From an uncultured Clostridia bacterium (GTDB taxonomy: Bacteria; Bacillota; Clostridia; TANB77; CAG-508): a DNA stretch of 44,845 bases. The notes beneath the pieces were generated by a model, which saw only the letters and a list, made by a program, of their open reading frames with translations, was not told the DNA's origin and searched no databases. Position 1 is the stretch's first letter. The number at the start of each line of letters is the position of its first letter. A program made the position numbers and the translations under genes. The DNA lies in contig CAKPGD010000002.1 of NCBI GenBank assembly GCA_934154515.1, forward strand, positions 1 through 44,845, read 5' to 3'. Shown here piece by piece: positions 19,588 to 28,875 of the stretch.

Positions 19588-20979
19588 CTAAAATCTAAAA
19601 TATAAAAATGGATTATATGAGTTATCTACCAAATATGCTGTAACCACAATTAAAATTACGGCTATACATATTGGCTCTAAAATGTTTATTATTTTATTAA
19701 ATAGCTCTTTTTTTCTTAATTTTTCTATTGCATTTTTCAAAAGTGGTGTTGCCCCTATTATAGCAATTATTAAAACGACAAAATAATTTTTCAAATAATA
19801 TATTGTATAATTATTTATACAGTTTTCTCCATTTGCTCCAAACAAACCTATAATGTTTCTGCAAGCCTCTGTCATATTATTTGCATTAAAAATAATAAAA
19901 CTTAGCATAACTATAAATAGTACATATACCCTTTTTAAAACGTTTGGCATTTTTTCTATATATTTTCCAAGCCATAACTTTTCTACTATTAGTATTATTC
20001 CAAACATTACGCCCCAAATAACAAAGTTCCAACTCGCTCCATGCCATATTCCTGTAAGAGCCCATACTATTAAAATATTTATTATTAATCTTTTTGTTCC
20101 TGCACGATTTCCTCCTAAAGGGATATATACATAGTCCCTAAACCATGTACTTAATGATATATGCCATCTTCTCCAAAATTCTGTTATACTTTTTGAAATA
20201 TATGGATAATTAAAGTTTTCTAAAAAGTGGAATCCAAACATTCTTCCTAACCCTATTGCCATATCCGAATAAGCTGAAAAGTCAAAATATATTTGTAGCA
20301 TATACCCTATTGCAAATATCCAGTAAAATATTACACTTTTTTCGTCTGTTCCTGTAAAAGCATTGCATAGCTCTCCTAACATATTTGCAATTAATACTTT
20401 TTTTGCTAATCCTACTACAAATCTTCTTACTCCATATGCAAAATTTTCAAAACTATGCTTTCTATTATTTAATTCTTTCTCTATTGTTTCATATCTTACT
20501 ATTGGTCCTGCTATTAGTTGAGGAAATAGTGAGACATATGTAGCAAGTTTTAAGAGACTTTTTTGTAATTTTACTTTTCCTTTATATACATCAACCTCAT
20601 AGCTGATGATTTGGAATGTATAAAACGAAATTCCTATTGGAAGAGCTAATTTTAGAAGTGTTATGTTTGTATTAAATATTGTATTTATATTTGTTATTAT
20701 AAAATCCGTATATTTAAATACACATAAAAGTGCTACATGTATGGCTATAACTAATGTTAAAATAGTTTTACTCTTGTATTTATCTATAAAAATAGCTCCA
20801 ACATATGCTATTAAAATTTCTGCTAGCATCAAAAATACATATTTGGGTTCTCCATAAAAGTAAAATAGCATGGATGCCACAAATAATATAAAGTTCTTTG
20901 CTTTTTTAGGCACAGCAAAATATGCTATTATTACTATTGGTAAAAAATAATATAAAAAGCTTATACTTGTAAATAACAT
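19588..20979 (-). CDS. MBOAT family O-acyltransferase (AlgI/DltB/PatA-like)
   Basis: 463 aa, multi-pass. Conserved FWRRWHISLSTWFRDYVYIPLGGNR block containing the catalytic His. Confidence 0.9.
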   Translation of the reverse strand: MLFTSISFLYYFLPIVIIAYFAVPKKAKNFILFVASMLFYFYGEPKYVFLMLAEILIAYVGAIFIDKYKSKTILTLVIAIHVALLCVFKYTDFIITNINTIFNTNITLLKLALPIGISFYTFQIISYEVDVYKGKVKLQKSLLKLATYVSLFPQLIAGPIVRYETIEKELNNRKHSFENFAYGVRRFVVGLAKKVLIANMLGELCNAFTGTDEKSVIFYWIFAIGYMLQIYFDFSAYSDMAIGLGRMFGFHFLENFNYPYISKSITEFWRRWHISLSTWFRDYVYIPLGGNRAGTKRLIINILIVWALTGIWHGASWNFVIWGVMFGIILIVEKLWLGKYIEKMPNVLKRVYVLFIVMLSFIIFNANNMTEACRNIIGLFGANGENCINNYTIYYLKNYFVVLIIAIIGATPLLKNAIEKLRKKELFNKIINILEPICIAVILIVVTAYLVDNSYNPFLYFRF

Positions 20980-21173
20980 TTTCCTCTTGTATGGTATATT
21001 AACTTTCCCATACTCTCCTCTCTGTTTTTTTATTTAATATAGAATTAAGATTTTATACTCAGCATATACTGCTGTAAAGCCTTAATTCTAGCATATTATC
21101 TTCTGTAGAAAGTTATTATACTTTCTACAGAACAGATAAAGCTTCCTTATTTGGAAGCTCTATTTTTAATATA

Positions 21174-21761
21174 TTATTGTACTACAAACATTTCTGGTGG
21201 AAGTTCTATATTTTCTTCCTCTCCTGCTTTTTCTAATTCTTTTCCTATTTTATTGTCTACATATTTTTTAAACTCTTCGTAAACTAGCTTTGCCCATTCT
21301 TCATCTGACATTACTAAGAATATAATGTTGTCACTGTTTGTAACATATAGTTTTTCAGCTGAAACACAAATCCATTTTCCCATATCTATGTTGTCTATTA
21401 TCTCTTGTTTCATCTTTTCTATGTCTGCTCCAGGTTTTACTTTAAGTACTACTGCACTATATGCTTGTGCATTCATAAGTGGTTCTGAGACAACTAGTTT
21501 CTCTACATTTTCGTTAGATTGTAATCCTGTATATGCTTTAACTAGTTCTTCGTCAGATATATCTATTTCCTCGGTTTCTAATTGTGGCAATTGTTCCTTC
21601 AGATTAGAATTGATTGTTTTCATCATACTTTTCATTTGACCTACTGTTTCTATTTTTGCCTCACTATTACTATTTTTGTTGCTTGTTGCAACTACAATTC
21701 CTATTACAGCAATTATTAAAACAGCTATAACAAGTATTATTGCTATTGTTTGTTTTTTCAT
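21174..21761 (-). CDS. membrane-anchored extracytoplasmic protein, DUF4358-like
   Basis: Single N-terminal TM segment. The family assignment is from memory of DUF4358 architecture only. Confidence 0.45.
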   Translation of the reverse strand: MKKQTIAIILVIAVLIIAVIGIVVATSNKNSNSEAKIETVGQMKSMMKTINSNLKEQLPQLETEEIDISDEELVKAYTGLQSNENVEKLVVSEPLMNAQAYSAVVLKVKPGADIEKMKQEIIDNIDMGKWICVSAEKLYVTNSDNIIFLVMSDEEWAKLVYEEFKKYVDNKIGKELEKAGEEENIELPPEMFVVQ

Positions 21762-21849
21762 AAGTTTTCCTCCTTATATATTTTATTTTTTGTCCTATGT
21801 TAGTAGACAATTTTAGTATAACATATAGAAGTTTTTTTGTCTATATTTT

Positions 21850-22056
21850 TTACTCTACTACTTCAAATTCTGCATCTTGTATTGCTTCTTTTATTTCTTC
21901 TAATGTAGTAGCATTTTCATCATATTCTATTTTTGCTGTTTTTTCTTCTAAACTTACTTCTGCTCTAACTCCTTCTATTGCATTTAAAACTCTTGTAAGT
22001 CTTGATGAACATCCTTCACAATGCATACCTTCTATTTTTAATTCTATATTTTCCAT
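21850..22056 (-). CDS. heavy-metal-associated (HMA) domain protein, CopZ-like
   Basis: 68 aa. GMHCEGC metal-binding motif near the N-terminus. Confidence 0.85.
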   Translation of the reverse strand: MENIELKIEGMHCEGCSSRLTRVLNAIEGVRAEVSLEEKTAKIEYDENATTLEEIKEAIQDAEFEVVE

Positions 22057-22087
22057 TTTGTTTTCCTCCTTAATTTTATTTTTTATA

Positions 22088-23230
22088 TTATAACACTATA
22101 ACCTTTTCCCATACAAGCTCTTCTTTTCCAAAATGTCCGTAATTTGTTGTTTTCTTGTATATTGGTTTTTGCAAATCTAAAAAATTAATAATTCCTCTTG
22201 GTGTTAAATCAAATTTATTATTTATTTTTTCTATTATTTTTTCTTCTGGAATTGTTGCTGTTCCAAAAGTTTCTACATATATAGAAATTGGTTTTGCTAC
22301 TCCTATTGCATATGATAATTGTATTTCACATCTTTTTGCTAGTCCATTTGCTACTATATTTTTAGCTAAAAATCTTGCCATATATGAAGCTGATCTATCT
22401 ACTTTTGTTGCATCTTTTCCTGAAAAAGCTCCCCCACCATGTCTTGCATATCCTCCATACGTGTCTACTATTATTTTTCTTCCTGTTAGTCCACTATCTC
22501 CTAAAGGTCCTCCTATTACAAATCTTCCTGTTGGATTTATATAATATTTTGTATTTTCATCTAGTAATTCTTTTGGTACTATTGGATATATAACTTTTTC
22601 TTTAATGTCTTGTTTTAGTGTTTCTAGACTTACATTTGCATCATGTTGTGTAGATACAACTATTGCATCTATTCTAACTGGTTTACCATCTTCATATTCT
22701 ATTGTTACTTGTGTTTTTCCATCTGGTCTTAAGTAGTTTATAATGTTTTCTTTTCTGACTTCTGTTAGTCTTTTTGCTAGTTTATGTGCTAAATATATTG
22801 GCATAGGCATAAAATTATCCGTTTCATCGCATGCATATCCAAACATTAATCCTTGATCTCCTGCTCCTTCTGATGTTATTTTTTCTCCTTCTTTTTGCTC
22901 AAGTGATTTGTTAACTCCAAGTGCAATATCTTGTGACTGCTCTGATATATTTAAATGTACTTTGCAAGTTTTTGGATTTATATCTAACTTTTCATCTCCA
23001 TATCCTACTTCTGCTATAGCATTTCTAACTATTTTTTCAATATCTACCTTTCCATTTGAAGTTATTTCTCCTGTTACAAATACTTCTCCTTTGCTTGCTA
23101 CTGTTTCGCATGCTACTCTTGAATTTTTGTCTTGTTCTAAATATGCATCTAATATGCTATCTGATATATAGTCACATAGCTTATCTGGATGCCCTTCTGT
23201 TACACTTTCTGATGTAAATAATTTTCTCAT
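22088..23230 (-). CDS. metK: S-adenosylmethionine synthase
   Basis: [28 protein letters not shown] and GGGAFSGKD, the canonical MetK motifs. Confidence 0.97.
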   Translation of the reverse strand: MRKLFTSESVTEGHPDKLCDYISDSILDAYLEQDKNSRVACETVASKGEVFVTGEITSNGKVDIEKIVRNAIAEVGYGDEKLDINPKTCKVHLNISEQSQDIALGVNKSLEQKEGEKITSEGAGDQGLMFGYACDETDNFMPMPIYLAHKLAKRLTEVRKENIINYLRPDGKTQVTIEYEDGKPVRIDAIVVSTQHDANVSLETLKQDIKEKVIYPIVPKELLDENTKYYINPTGRFVIGGPLGDSGLTGRKIIVDTYGGYARHGGGAFSGKDATKVDRSASYMARFLAKNIVANGLAKRCEIQLSYAIGVAKPISIYVETFGTATIPEEKIIEKINNKFDLTPRGIINFLDLQKPIYKKTTNYGHFGKEELVWEKVIVL

Positions 23231-23287
23231 TTTTAATTCCTTCTTTCATTCATATATTCATATGTTACACAAATTTGACTTCTATAA

Positions 23288-23436
23288 TACAAAAACCTTT
23301 GCAATAATTTGCAAAGGTTAATAATTTTTAACTTATAAAAATCATCATCCAAAGCATTTTTGCCTTGTCGGTATTAGCACCTTATTATAAAAATAGGTTG
23401 CTGTGGAGTCTTAAAGCCGATTCTCTCGTCCACTCT
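23288..23436 (-). promoter_or_regulatory. SAM-I (S-box) riboswitch with terminator in the metK leader
   Basis: Minus strand reads GTTATCAAGAGTGGACGAGAGAATCGGCTTTAAGACTCCACAGCAACC...AAGGTGCTAATACCGACAAGG...GGATGATGA. This matches the S-box conserved blocks (TTATCAAGAG, GCAACC, AAGGTGCTAA). It is followed by the hairpin AACCTTTGCAA-ATTA-TTGCAAAGGTT and TTTT. Confidence 0.85.
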
Positions 23437-23471
23437 TGATAACATATTAAAGCTATTATAAATATTATTAT

Positions 23472-25217
23472 TTATTTTGTCAATACTTCTAGAATTTTTT
23501 TCATTTCTTCATTTCTTTTTACTTTTGCTGTTGTTGTTTTTATCATAGGTTCATCTGTAATTATTAGATTTTTTATATGTTTATAGTTTGTTAAGTCTTT
23601 GTTTATGTTTTTAACATCTTGCCATATTATTTCTTTTAATTCTTCTTCTGATATATTATTATATTTTTCTTTTATATAATCTTTATTATATACGATTTTT
23701 ACTGAAAGTACTAAGTCATCATCTTTAGGAAGTCCAAATACCATATTTTCTTCTACATATGGAAGTTTTGAAATTAGTTGTTCTATTTCTTCTGGATATA
23801 TATTTTTTCCGTTTTTTAGTACGATAACATTTTTCTTTCTTCCTGCTATGAATATATAACCGTCTTTATCTATATAACCTAAGTCACCTGTATGAAACCA
23901 TCTATTTTTATTTTCATCATATTCTATCACTTCATTTGTTGCTTCTTCATTATTATAATATCCAAGCATTAAGTTTGGTCCTTTTGCTACTATTTCTCCT
24001 ATGTTTTTCTCATTCGGATTATCTATTCTTACTTCAACATTTGCAAGAGGCATACCAATTGAACCATATCTTACATATTTTTCGTTTTCTGCTGTTAGTA
24101 CCGGAGATGTTTCTGTTAATCCATAGCCTTGTACTGTTAGTATTCCAAAATCGTTAAATCCTTTTGCTACTGTTTTGTCTATTGCAGATGCTCCACTTAC
24201 TATAAATCTAATGTTTCCACCTAATTGATTTATTATATCTTTAAATAATTTTCTACGTATGTCTATTTTAAATTTCAATAAGAAATTACTTATTTTTATT
24301 GCAATCTTTATTAGTTTTGTTTTTCCTTGTTTTTCTACTTCTTTCATAATTTTTTTATACATAGCCTCTAAAAGTAGTGGAACACACACAAATACTGATA
24401 CTTTATATTCTTTTAAATTGCTTTGAATATGTCTTAAACCATCACAAAATACATTTGTAACACCATTACTTAAAAATAGCAATAACCCTGTTGAGCCAAA
24501 AGTATGATGAAATGGTAAGAATGCTAAATTAACATCTGTGGGATATATTTTTTCTGCCATATTTAGGGCATATATGTTTGTTGCTATATTTTTATGTGAT
24601 AACATTACAGCTTTTGAAAGTGATGTTGTTCCTGATGTAAATAATATTATGCTCATTTCTTCATTATTTATTTTTGCATCTAAAAATTCTCTATTTCCTT
24701 GTTTTATTAATTCTTTTCCTTTGATTATTAAGTTACTTAAATTTGTAATGCCTTCTTCATTTACATCATCCATACATATAAATTGTTTTATATTTGTAGT
24801 ATTTGATTCTTTAATTTTTTTCATATCTTCTATATATTCATTTGAAAATATTATACAGTCACAACTACTTCTTATAATTGAAGATTCTATTTCTTGTATT
24901 GGAAGTCCTTTATCTAATGGTACTATAATTCCTGTTCCACATATTGTGGCATAATATCCAAGTGCCCATTCATATCTATTTTTTCCTATAACTGCAATTC
25001 TTTTGTTTTTTAGTCCTAAATCTATTAATGCTGTTCCTAAAGCATTTATTTCCGTTAAAAATCTTGTATATGTTATATGTGTATATGTTATATTTTTTCC
25101 TTTTTTATTTTTTATTATAAAGGCATTATTGTTTGGGTATTTGTATACTGCATCTAATAATACTTCTCTTACATTATTAAACTCCTTTGCATCGTATAAT
25201 TTACTTTTTAAATTCAT
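23472..25217 (-). CDS. AMP-forming acyl-CoA ligase (long-chain fatty acid--CoA ligase type)
   Basis: AMP-binding motif LFTSGTTSLSKAV, plus GYGLTETS and TGDLG. The ORF track extends to 25247, but that extension overlaps the upstream gene's terminator. The ATG at 25217 (MNLKSK) has a GAAGGGAA RBS. Confidence 0.85.
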   Translation of the reverse strand: MNLKSKLYDAKEFNNVREVLLDAVYKYPNNNAFIIKNKKGKNITYTHITYTRFLTEINALGTALIDLGLKNKRIAVIGKNRYEWALGYYATICGTGIIVPLDKGLPIQEIESSIIRSSCDCIIFSNEYIEDMKKIKESNTTNIKQFICMDDVNEEGITNLSNLIIKGKELIKQGNREFLDAKINNEEMSIILFTSGTTSLSKAVMLSHKNIATNIYALNMAEKIYPTDVNLAFLPFHHTFGSTGLLLFLSNGVTNVFCDGLRHIQSNLKEYKVSVFVCVPLLLEAMYKKIMKEVEKQGKTKLIKIAIKISNFLLKFKIDIRRKLFKDIINQLGGNIRFIVSGASAIDKTVAKGFNDFGILTVQGYGLTETSPVLTAENEKYVRYGSIGMPLANVEVRIDNPNEKNIGEIVAKGPNLMLGYYNNEEATNEVIEYDENKNRWFHTGDLGYIDKDGYIFIAGRKKNVIVLKNGKNIYPEEIEQLISKLPYVEENMVFGLPKDDDLVLSVKIVYNKDYIKEKYNNISEEELKEIIWQDVKNINKDLTNYKHIKNLIITDEPMIKTTTAKVKRNEEMKKILEVLTK

Positions 25218-25246
25218 AAAAATTTCATTCCCTTCTCTATGTTTCA

Positions 25247-25280
25247 AAAGCAGTACTTATTTAGTACTGCTTATCTTTTT
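25247..25280 (-). terminator. terminator after the M15 peptidase gene
   Basis: AAGCAGTACT-loop-AGTACTGCTT followed by T residues on the minus strand. Confidence 0.65.
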
Positions 25281-25337
25281 TTAATTTTAACATATGTTAA
25301 TTTCTCATACAATATAACTGACTCAGTATTCGAATTT

Positions 25338-26018
25338 TTAATCTATTGTTGTTGGTGTTCTTCCTGTACTTATTGCATCTTCTTGAAGAGAACGCCAGGT
25401 ATTGCATCCAACTATTCCATCTGCTGAAAGGCCTCTACTTCTTTGATAATTTTTTACTGCATTGTATGTGTTTGTTCCAAATATTCCATCTAATCCCCCT
25501 GTTGGATATCCTAAAGTATTTAAATCATCTTGTGTAATTAATACATAAACGCTCAGACTACCTCTTTTTATTAGTGGATAACCGCCTGCAGAACATGCTG
25601 GTGGCTTTTGTCTTCTATCAAAATGTACCCAAGTTGGTGAAATACTATATGGTTCTATATAACTCCAAAGTCCTGAATTTTCTGCACTATTTCTTAATAC
25701 TGCTCTTTGAGCATTTGTCCAAGTTTGCCCCACGTCAAAAGCTGTTCCTGCATAATGTTGTGACTGAAGTCCGTGTCCTCCCTCCCATGGTCTTCTAAAT
25801 GCGTATCCAACTGGTATTGGAGAACCATATATATATCTTTGTGTATTCCATGATGTCATAGTTCTTTTTGTTGTCCATAAAGTATTGCTCCTACTTGCTC
25901 CTCTAAATTCTTTTACTGTTAAGCTTCTATTTGTATTATATGGCATGCTTTCTGACAAACCTTTATAATATGTTTCCATTCTATCTGTATCATTATTATA
26001 TACTATAATTTTAGCCAT
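25338..26018 (-). CDS. zinc peptidase M15 family cell-wall hydrolase with C-terminal peptidoglycan-binding domain
   Basis: SQHYAGTAFD fits the M15 SxHxxGxAxD motif. A second His lies in WVHFD. The C-terminal LGYPTGGLDGIFGTNTYNAVKNYQRSRGLSADGIVGCNTWRSL is a PG_binding_1-type repeat. The ATG at 26018 has an AAGGAGG RBS; the ORF track start at 26075 is unlikely. No signal peptide. Confidence 0.8.
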   Translation of the reverse strand: MAKIIVYNNDTDRMETYYKGLSESMPYNTNRSLTVKEFRGASRSNTLWTTKRTMTSWNTQRYIYGSPIPVGYAFRRPWEGGHGLQSQHYAGTAFDVGQTWTNAQRAVLRNSAENSGLWSYIEPYSISPTWVHFDRRQKPPACSAGGYPLIKRGSLSVYVLITQDDLNTLGYPTGGLDGIFGTNTYNAVKNYQRSRGLSADGIVGCNTWRSLQEDAISTGRTPTTID

Positions 26019-26092
26019 GTTTACCTCCTTATAATATATTTTATGATTAAAATAATAACTAGTGCAAAATTTCACTAGTTATTACATTTGTT

Positions 26093-26623
26093 TTATATAT
26101 CAAAAAAGTATGTTGCTTCTAGGTCTGCTTCATGTACTAAAAGTGCTATTGGGTATTTTTTATATGCAGCTCCTATTGTTGTGTACACTTCTTTTGGCTC
26201 TGTAAATCCCATATGCCACCTTATTGCATATCTTTCTTCTGGCGTTAATTTTATAAATTCAGAAATCATCATTACAGATTTTTCTCCATGTCCATATGGT
26301 ATTGTATCTTCTATTGTATAATATGGTACTTTTTCCCATACTCCTAATTCATTCTTAGCATTTCTATAATCTGTTTTGTAAAAATTTGTTTTACATATAT
26401 CATGTAATAATGCAATTATTCTAACACTTTCACTATCTCCTGCCTTTTCTTTTAGTATTTCATACACTTTCATACTATGTTGTAATAATCCACCTTCAAA
26501 AGCTCCATGGAATCTTGTACTTGCAGGTGCTGTAAAAAAATCTGAATGCTCTAAAAAATCTATTAGTTTATCCATTCCTTCTCTATTTGTTTCTTTTAAT
26601 AATTTTATAAATTCTTCCTTCAT
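26093..26623 (-). CDS. HD domain phosphohydrolase
   Basis: RFHGAFEGGLLQHS...ALLHDICK, the H...HD metal-binding pattern. 176 aa. Confidence 0.8.
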   Translation of the reverse strand: MKEEFIKLLKETNREGMDKLIDFLEHSDFFTAPASTRFHGAFEGGLLQHSMKVYEILKEKAGDSESVRIIALLHDICKTNFYKTDYRNAKNELGVWEKVPYYTIEDTIPYGHGEKSVMMISEFIKLTPEERYAIRWHMGFTEPKEVYTTIGAAYKKYPIALLVHEADLEATYFFDI

Positions 26624-26681
26624 TTTTTCTTCCTTTCTATTGAATTCTATTCTATTAACATTCTACTATATTGATATTTTT

Positions 26682-27656
26682 TTACTCCTCATGTTTTAAT
26701 ATTTTTACTAAATCGCCTCGCCATTCTCTGTTAAATTTATAATAGTAAGGTTTTATATCTCCAACATAGCAGTCAAAATATATAATATCTCCGTTTATAT
26801 CTTGTGTTTTTAAATTTGGAAATGTTTTTATCATTTTTTTATCTCCAAAATATTTATTTATAAGTTTCGATGCTTCTTCATTACCATAAATTTTTTCATA
26901 AGCTATGTCAACTTCTTGTTTTGCTGATATTTGTATATCATTTTCGTGTACTTTTCTTATCATAAATAATTTTATTGCAATTCCTGTTATTTGACAGTCA
27001 ATTAGCATAAATAATATCATTAAAATTGTTGCAGTTTTTAGTACTTTTATTGATATTCTAGACTTTATTTTGTCTATTAATTTGTCTACTCTTGGGTTTG
27101 CGTGTCTCATTAAATATATTGCTAAAAATCCCCAGAATAAAGAGAAGAATACACATATTCTACCATTTATATTAAGTGGCATATTCGAATAGTCCCACCA
27201 TTTTACATGTAAAAATATATCTCCATACCAGCTTACAATATATTCTACTATTGAGCCAACTATAAATCCACCTAAAAACAATGTATTTTGATTTTTGTTA
27301 AAATATTGAAGTGCTAATATCATAACTACTGCACCAAAACCATATATAGCACAAAATGGTCCATATAAAAAGCTTTGTCTACTTTCTATTACGCCTTTTG
27401 TTACCATTCCAAATACTGTTTCTATTATAAATCCTACTACACTGTATATTATGAAATATGCAAGAAGTCTCCATATACTAAATCCTAATATCGTGAATTT
27501 TTTCTTTTCTTTATTTGAAGTTTCTTTATTGGTTATTTCTTCACTTTTTGTTTTTTCATTTACTTTTTCTTTGTTTGAACTTTGCTTTTTGTGCATATCT
27601 TTATTTTCTATTTTTTCATCTTTATTTGCTTTTATTACTGTTTTCATCTTCTGCAA
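26682..27656 (-). CDS. CmpB-like multi-pass membrane protein (putative ABC-transporter type IV family, PF06541-like)
   Basis: The core LLAYFIIYSVVGFIIETVFG...LYGPFCAIYGFGAV resembles that family. Lys/Glu-rich N-terminal extension. Confidence 0.6.
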   Translation of the reverse strand: MQKMKTVIKANKDEKIENKDMHKKQSSNKEKVNEKTKSEEITNKETSNKEKKKFTILGFSIWRLLAYFIIYSVVGFIIETVFGMVTKGVIESRQSFLYGPFCAIYGFGAVVMILALQYFNKNQNTLFLGGFIVGSIVEYIVSWYGDIFLHVKWWDYSNMPLNINGRICVFFSLFWGFLAIYLMRHANPRVDKLIDKIKSRISIKVLKTATILMILFMLIDCQITGIAIKLFMIRKVHENDIQISAKQEVDIAYEKIYGNEEASKLINKYFGDKKMIKTFPNLKTQDINGDIIYFDCYVGDIKPYYYKFNREWRGDLVKILKHEE

Positions 27657-27681
27657 CTCCTACTACATTTATTTTTATACT

Positions 27682-27987
27682 TTAAAAAAATCTATAAAAC
27701 AATATTATTAAGATTTCTAAAATTAAAATTAATGGAAAACCTATTGTGAATCTTTTCTTTTTAGTCTTATGCCTAAATGTATACATTCCTATTATCCCTC
27801 CAATGCTTCCTCCAAGTATTGCCATTGTAAATAATGCTGTTTCACTTATTCTCCACTTTACTTTTTGTGCTTTTCTTTTATCTATCCACATTGCTAAAAA
27901 TGTTATTAAATTTATTGCTACTAAATATATTATTATTATTATTTTAGTATCTAATATTGGCATTACACCAAACTCTGAATCTATCAT
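27682..27987 (-). CDS. DUF1294 family membrane protein
   Basis: WIDKRKAQKVKWRISETALFTMAILGGSIGGIIGMYTFRHKTKK, the typical DUF1294 sequence. Confidence 0.8.
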   Translation of the reverse strand: MIDSEFGVMPILDTKIIIIIYLVAINLITFLAMWIDKRKAQKVKWRISETALFTMAILGGSIGGIIGMYTFRHKTKKKRFTIGFPLILILEILIILFYRFF

Positions 27988-28120
27988 ATCTTTCTCCTAT
28001 TCTAATTATTTTCAATGGAATTATATCATAACTTTATCTTAGCAACAATCTTTATTGCAAAAATTTTTAGGTTTTGTTATAATGTAGTAGAAGTAATTTT
28101 TAGAAAGAATGTGATTTTTA

Positions 28121-28816
28121 ATGCAAGAGGTATCTCAAAGTTTTTCATTAAAAGAATGCGAAGACTGGAATAAAATGTTTGATAAAGCTACTGAGACTAA
28201 TAATAAACAAGAAGTTTTAAATTTGCTTTCAGAGGCTAACAAGCTTTATTTAGATGAATATTATATTTACACTATTATATATAAACTTAATAATGAAAAA
28301 ATGTCTAAAGAAAAGCAAGATGAATTAATTAATAACATTAACAAATCTAAAATAGTTAAGTTTGTTAATAAGCAAAGTGAATATATTTCTATTAATACCC
28401 GAGCAAACTGTATTAAAGTTGCTAAACTTTCTGATATTGTTCCTGAAGTTTTGAATGATAAAAATTCTAAAAATAGTGTTGTTAGAAAAGATAAGTTTAG
28501 TGCTGAATATATTTCTCAACTTCTATCTTTCCCTAATAGTATTGTTACCGGATATGTTTATGGAATCTCAGACAAATCTAAAAAATTACATACATGGGTA
28601 GAATTTAAAAATAATTATAATCAAGAATTTGTAATAGATTACGATGATAATACAGTTTATAATAAAGAAGGATTTTACTTTTTAAAGCATGTAGAACATC
28701 TAAAAAAAGTAACTTCAGATGAACTTAAAGGAAAAAGTTCTGTTAGTAAATCTGATACTTCTGAAATTTCTAATGAAATTGTTGATATTGAAATTGATAT
28801 GGGTGATGAAAGATAA
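28121..28816 (+). CDS. hypothetical cytoplasmic protein; possible papain/transglutaminase-like Cys-His-Asp fold
   Basis: 231-aa ORF. Plus strand, convergent with polC and followed by a hairpin. Candidate C...HTWVEF...DYD spacing. Function not established. Confidence 0.55.
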   Translation: MQEVSQSFSLKECEDWNKMFDKATETNNKQEVLNLLSEANKLYLDEYYIYTIIYKLNNEKMSKEKQDELINNINKSKIVKFVNKQSEYISINTRANCIKVAKLSDIVPEVLNDKNSKNSVVRKDKFSAEYISQLLSFPNSIVTGYVYGISDKSKKLHTWVEFKNNYNQEFVIDYDDNTVYNKEGFYFLKHVEHLKKVTSDELKGKSSVSKSDTSEISNEIVDIEIDMGDER

Positions 28817-28875
28817 ATACGTAAAAAGCCGGTGGTTTAAACCATCGACTTTTACTTTGAAAATTGATATATTTT

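Noticed and set aside
20985-21035. A short upstream ORF (MGKLIYHTRGKCYLQV*) overlapping the MBOAT start.
   Set aside because: The GGAG is only about 3 nt from its ATG. More plausibly that purine tract, or the downstream AGAGGAAA, serves the MBOAT start. There is no conservation evidence.
26019-26075. N-terminal extensions suggested by the longest-ORF calls (26075 for the M15 peptidase, 25247 for the acyl-CoA ligase, 33805 for polC, 17706 and 16307 for the membrane ORFs).
   Set aside because: Internal ATGs have properly spaced Shine-Dalgarno sequences. The extensions overlap terminators or abut the RBS itself.
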